A stretch of DNA of 64,000 nucleotides from Candidatus Dadabacteria bacterium. GTDB lineage: Bacteria; Desulfobacterota_D; UBA1144; Nemesobacterales; Nemesobacteraceae. This document shows positions 62,470-64,000 of the stretch, piece after piece. The notes under the pieces are model-generated. The model ran no database searches, was not told the DNA's origin, and saw nothing but the letters and a program-made list of their open reading frames with translations. A program made the translations under genes and the position numbers. The stretch spans positions 1,362,508 through 1,426,507 of the forward strand of contig OX638332.1 in the NCBI GenBank assembly GCA_951812735.1, read 5' to 3'. Positions within the stretch are counted from its first letter, which is position 1, and each line of letters begins with the position of its first letter.

Positions 62470-63669
62470 ATGGAGATGGATCAGCCAAGGTATTCGCAGA
62501 TGGTCAGGACAAACCGGTTTGAGTTGATATACAAGAAGTGGAAGGAGAGGAAGCTTACCCAGGCGGAAGCCGGGGAGCGGCTTGAGATGAGCGAGAGGAC
62601 CTTTCGCCGCTACGTGGTTCGTTACGAAGAGCAAGGCAAACAAGGGGTTTTGGACCGTCGCCTGGGGAAGCCCTCGCCTCGGCGAGCTTCACGGGAGGAG
62701 GTTTCAAGCGTGGTGGCGCTGTACAGGGATTGTTATCCGAATCGCAACATAAGGCACTTCTACGAGGCTTACGAGGAGACCCACGGGGGCGTTCGCGGCT
62801 ACAGCTGGGTGAAGAGGTGTCTGCAGGATGCGGGGGCGGTTCCCAGGGGCAGGCGTCGGGGGCCGCACCGGGAGCTTAGGGAGCGGCGGGGGCAGGAGGG
62901 GGAGATGATACACCAGGACGCAAGCACTCACAGGTGGGTTCCCCAGGAGGTGTGGGATCTGGTTGTAACGATGGATGACGCCACGGGGCGGATATACAGT
63001 GCTTTTTTCGTTGCTCAGGAGGGCACACAGAGCAGCATGAGGGGTGTACGCGACGTATTGGAGAGCAAAGGCATATTCACAAGTTTTTACAGCGACAGGG
63101 GGTCTCACTACTGGAGTACTGCTCGGGTTGGGGAGCGGGTGGACAAGGAGAACCCAACGCAGTTCGGGCGGGCAATGAAGGAATTGGGCATTGAGAGGAT
63201 TCCGGGTTGCTCACCGGAGGCCAGGGGACGGAGCGAGCGGATGTTCAAGACTTTGCAGGGGCGTTTGCCCGCGGAGCTTTGCGAGCGAGGGATAGTGGAC
63301 ATGGAGGAGGCGAACAAGTTTCTCTCAGTGTGTTTTGTAGAGGATTTGAACAGGCGTTTTGCGGTAGGGGCCAGGGAGGAGGGCAGTGCGTTTGTACCGC
63401 TGCTCGGAGTGGGGCTTGAAGACATACTGTGTTTGAAGCACCCAAGGGTAGTGGGCAACGACAACTGCGTGAGGTACAAGGGGATGAGTTTGCAGGTTCC
63501 ACCGGTTAAGGATCGTTATCACTTCGTGAGGGCGAAGGTGATTGTGCATGAGTATGGGGATGGAAGGATGGCAGTGGTTCACGAGGGGAGACGGAAGCTT
63601 GGAGTTTATGACAGGGGTGGGAATTTGGTGGAACAGACGAAGGAGATAAGGAAGGCCGCGGCGGGGTGA
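62470..63669 (+). CDS. DDE integrase-type (rve core) transposase, IS481/ISNCY-like
   Basis: N-terminal helix-turn-helix, then an rve-like catalytic core (HQDASTH....SDRGSHY......E) and a C-terminal extension; 399 aa. Confidence 0.65.
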   Translation: MEMDQPRYSQMVRTNRFELIYKKWKERKLTQAEAGERLEMSERTFRRYVVRYEEQGKQGVLDRRLGKPSPRRASREEVSSVVALYRDCYPNRNIRHFYEAYEETHGGVRGYSWVKRCLQDAGAVPRGRRRGPHRELRERRGQEGEMIHQDASTHRWVPQEVWDLVVTMDDATGRIYSAFFVAQEGTQSSMRGVRDVLESKGIFTSFYSDRGSHYWSTARVGERVDKENPTQFGRAMKELGIERIPGCSPEARGRSERMFKTLQGRLPAELCERGIVDMEEANKFLSVCFVEDLNRRFAVGAREEGSAFVPLLGVGLEDILCLKHPRVVGNDNCVRYKGMSLQVPPVKDRYHFVRAKVIVHEYGDGRMAVVHEGRRKLGVYDRGGNLVEQTKEIRKAAAG

Positions 63670-64000
63670 CGAAGCGGTTTCAAATCAGCCTCTTCGGGCT
63701 CGCCCTTTGAGTCTGATTTGAAAAAAAAATCAAAAGAAGAAACCGGTCAACTAATTAACTCAAAAACCGGTCAACTTAATTGACTCCTTACAGCGAAAGC
63801 CGAAGTCCTTGACATTTGTTTTGGTTCAAGTATTTTCCCTTTTAGAGGTAGCCATAGAGTTCTAGGCGTTAAACATGCTTGTCAGGCGGCAACGGGGTTC
63901 TCATCGAAAAGCGGCTTGGTTCTTCTGGGGAGCAAAATCCTTTTTCTTCTGACAGGTTCGGTTTTATATATTGACAAACCCGTTACTGAGCAATAGTATA

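Larger units (their letters stand above)
60536..63794. mobile_element. 3.26-kb unit bounded by roughly 32-bp imperfect inverted repeats (TGTAGAGAGTAC...GACCGGTTTTTA) and flanked by 16-bp direct repeats GCGAAAGCCGAAGTCC. It carries two transposase genes.
   Basis: The left arm starts at 60536 and the right arm ends at 63794, reading as the reverse complement tgtaaggagtcaattaagttgaccggtttttga. The direct repeats lie at 60520-60535 and 63795-63810. Confidence 0.55.

Overview
This 64-kb window is bacterial chromosome at roughly 50% GC that uses TGA as a stop codon. The left about 47 kb is a dense housekeeping backbone; the right about 17 kb is a nested mobile-element graveyard around exbBD-tonB and ruvCAB-yebC. 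No CRISPR array, tRNA gene or rRNA gene was found.

Backbone genes, left to right:
- A partial mfd that the ORF track does not list because it runs off the left edge.
- leuB, a fumarylacetoacetate-hydrolase-family gene, truA, an oligopeptide ABC permease and a long S41 C-terminal processing protease.
- An orphan AmiS/UreI-type channel.
- An AT-rich module made of a ribbon-helix-helix-like ORF, two tandem acetoacetate-decarboxylase-superfamily paralogues and a hypothetical gene, followed by nth.
- A degraded tnpB sitting immediately upstream of an isolated nuoJKL, then a monoheme cytochrome c.
- An Rrf2 regulator with sufBCD and a Rieske ferredoxin.
- A DUF35 plus SCP-x-type thiolase pair and a luciferase-like monooxygenase.
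- APS reductase and a PiT permease, then pyrE, a GT-C-like membrane protein, thrC, acyP, an MBL hydrolase, ftsB, rsmA, dacB, polA and a methyltransferase.
- The conserved ffh-rpsP-KH-rimM-trmD-rplS block, in which trmD carries a second SPOUT-like domain.
- pssA-like, a SPOR protein, argS, a histidine phosphatase and tonB-exbD-exbB.

Mobile-element region (47.7-64 kb):
- A full-length TnpB (OMEGA nuclease) sits exactly between two perfect 24-bp inverted repeats, which are themselves flanked by an 8-bp direct repeat.
- An IS110-family recombinase gene is split cleanly between two codons by a 6.35-kb insertion with a TCGG target-site duplication.
  - The insertion carries an IS4-family transposase, four copies of an approximately 65-bp IS terminus with a complete outward sigma70 promoter, an iteron-bearing non-coding segment and an orphan promoter-to-terminator transcription unit.
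  - It also carries an operon for a secreted pentapeptide-repeat/collagen-like fusion protein plus an EF-hand protein.
  - Nested inside it is an IS256 copy with an 8-bp duplication and an in-frame stop.
- The leader upstream of the split IS110 recombinase has the layout of a bridge RNA.
- A 3.26-kb unit bounded by inverted repeats and 16-bp direct repeats carries IS1182-family and rve-type transposase genes.

All family assignments come from motif reading by eye, not from database searches.
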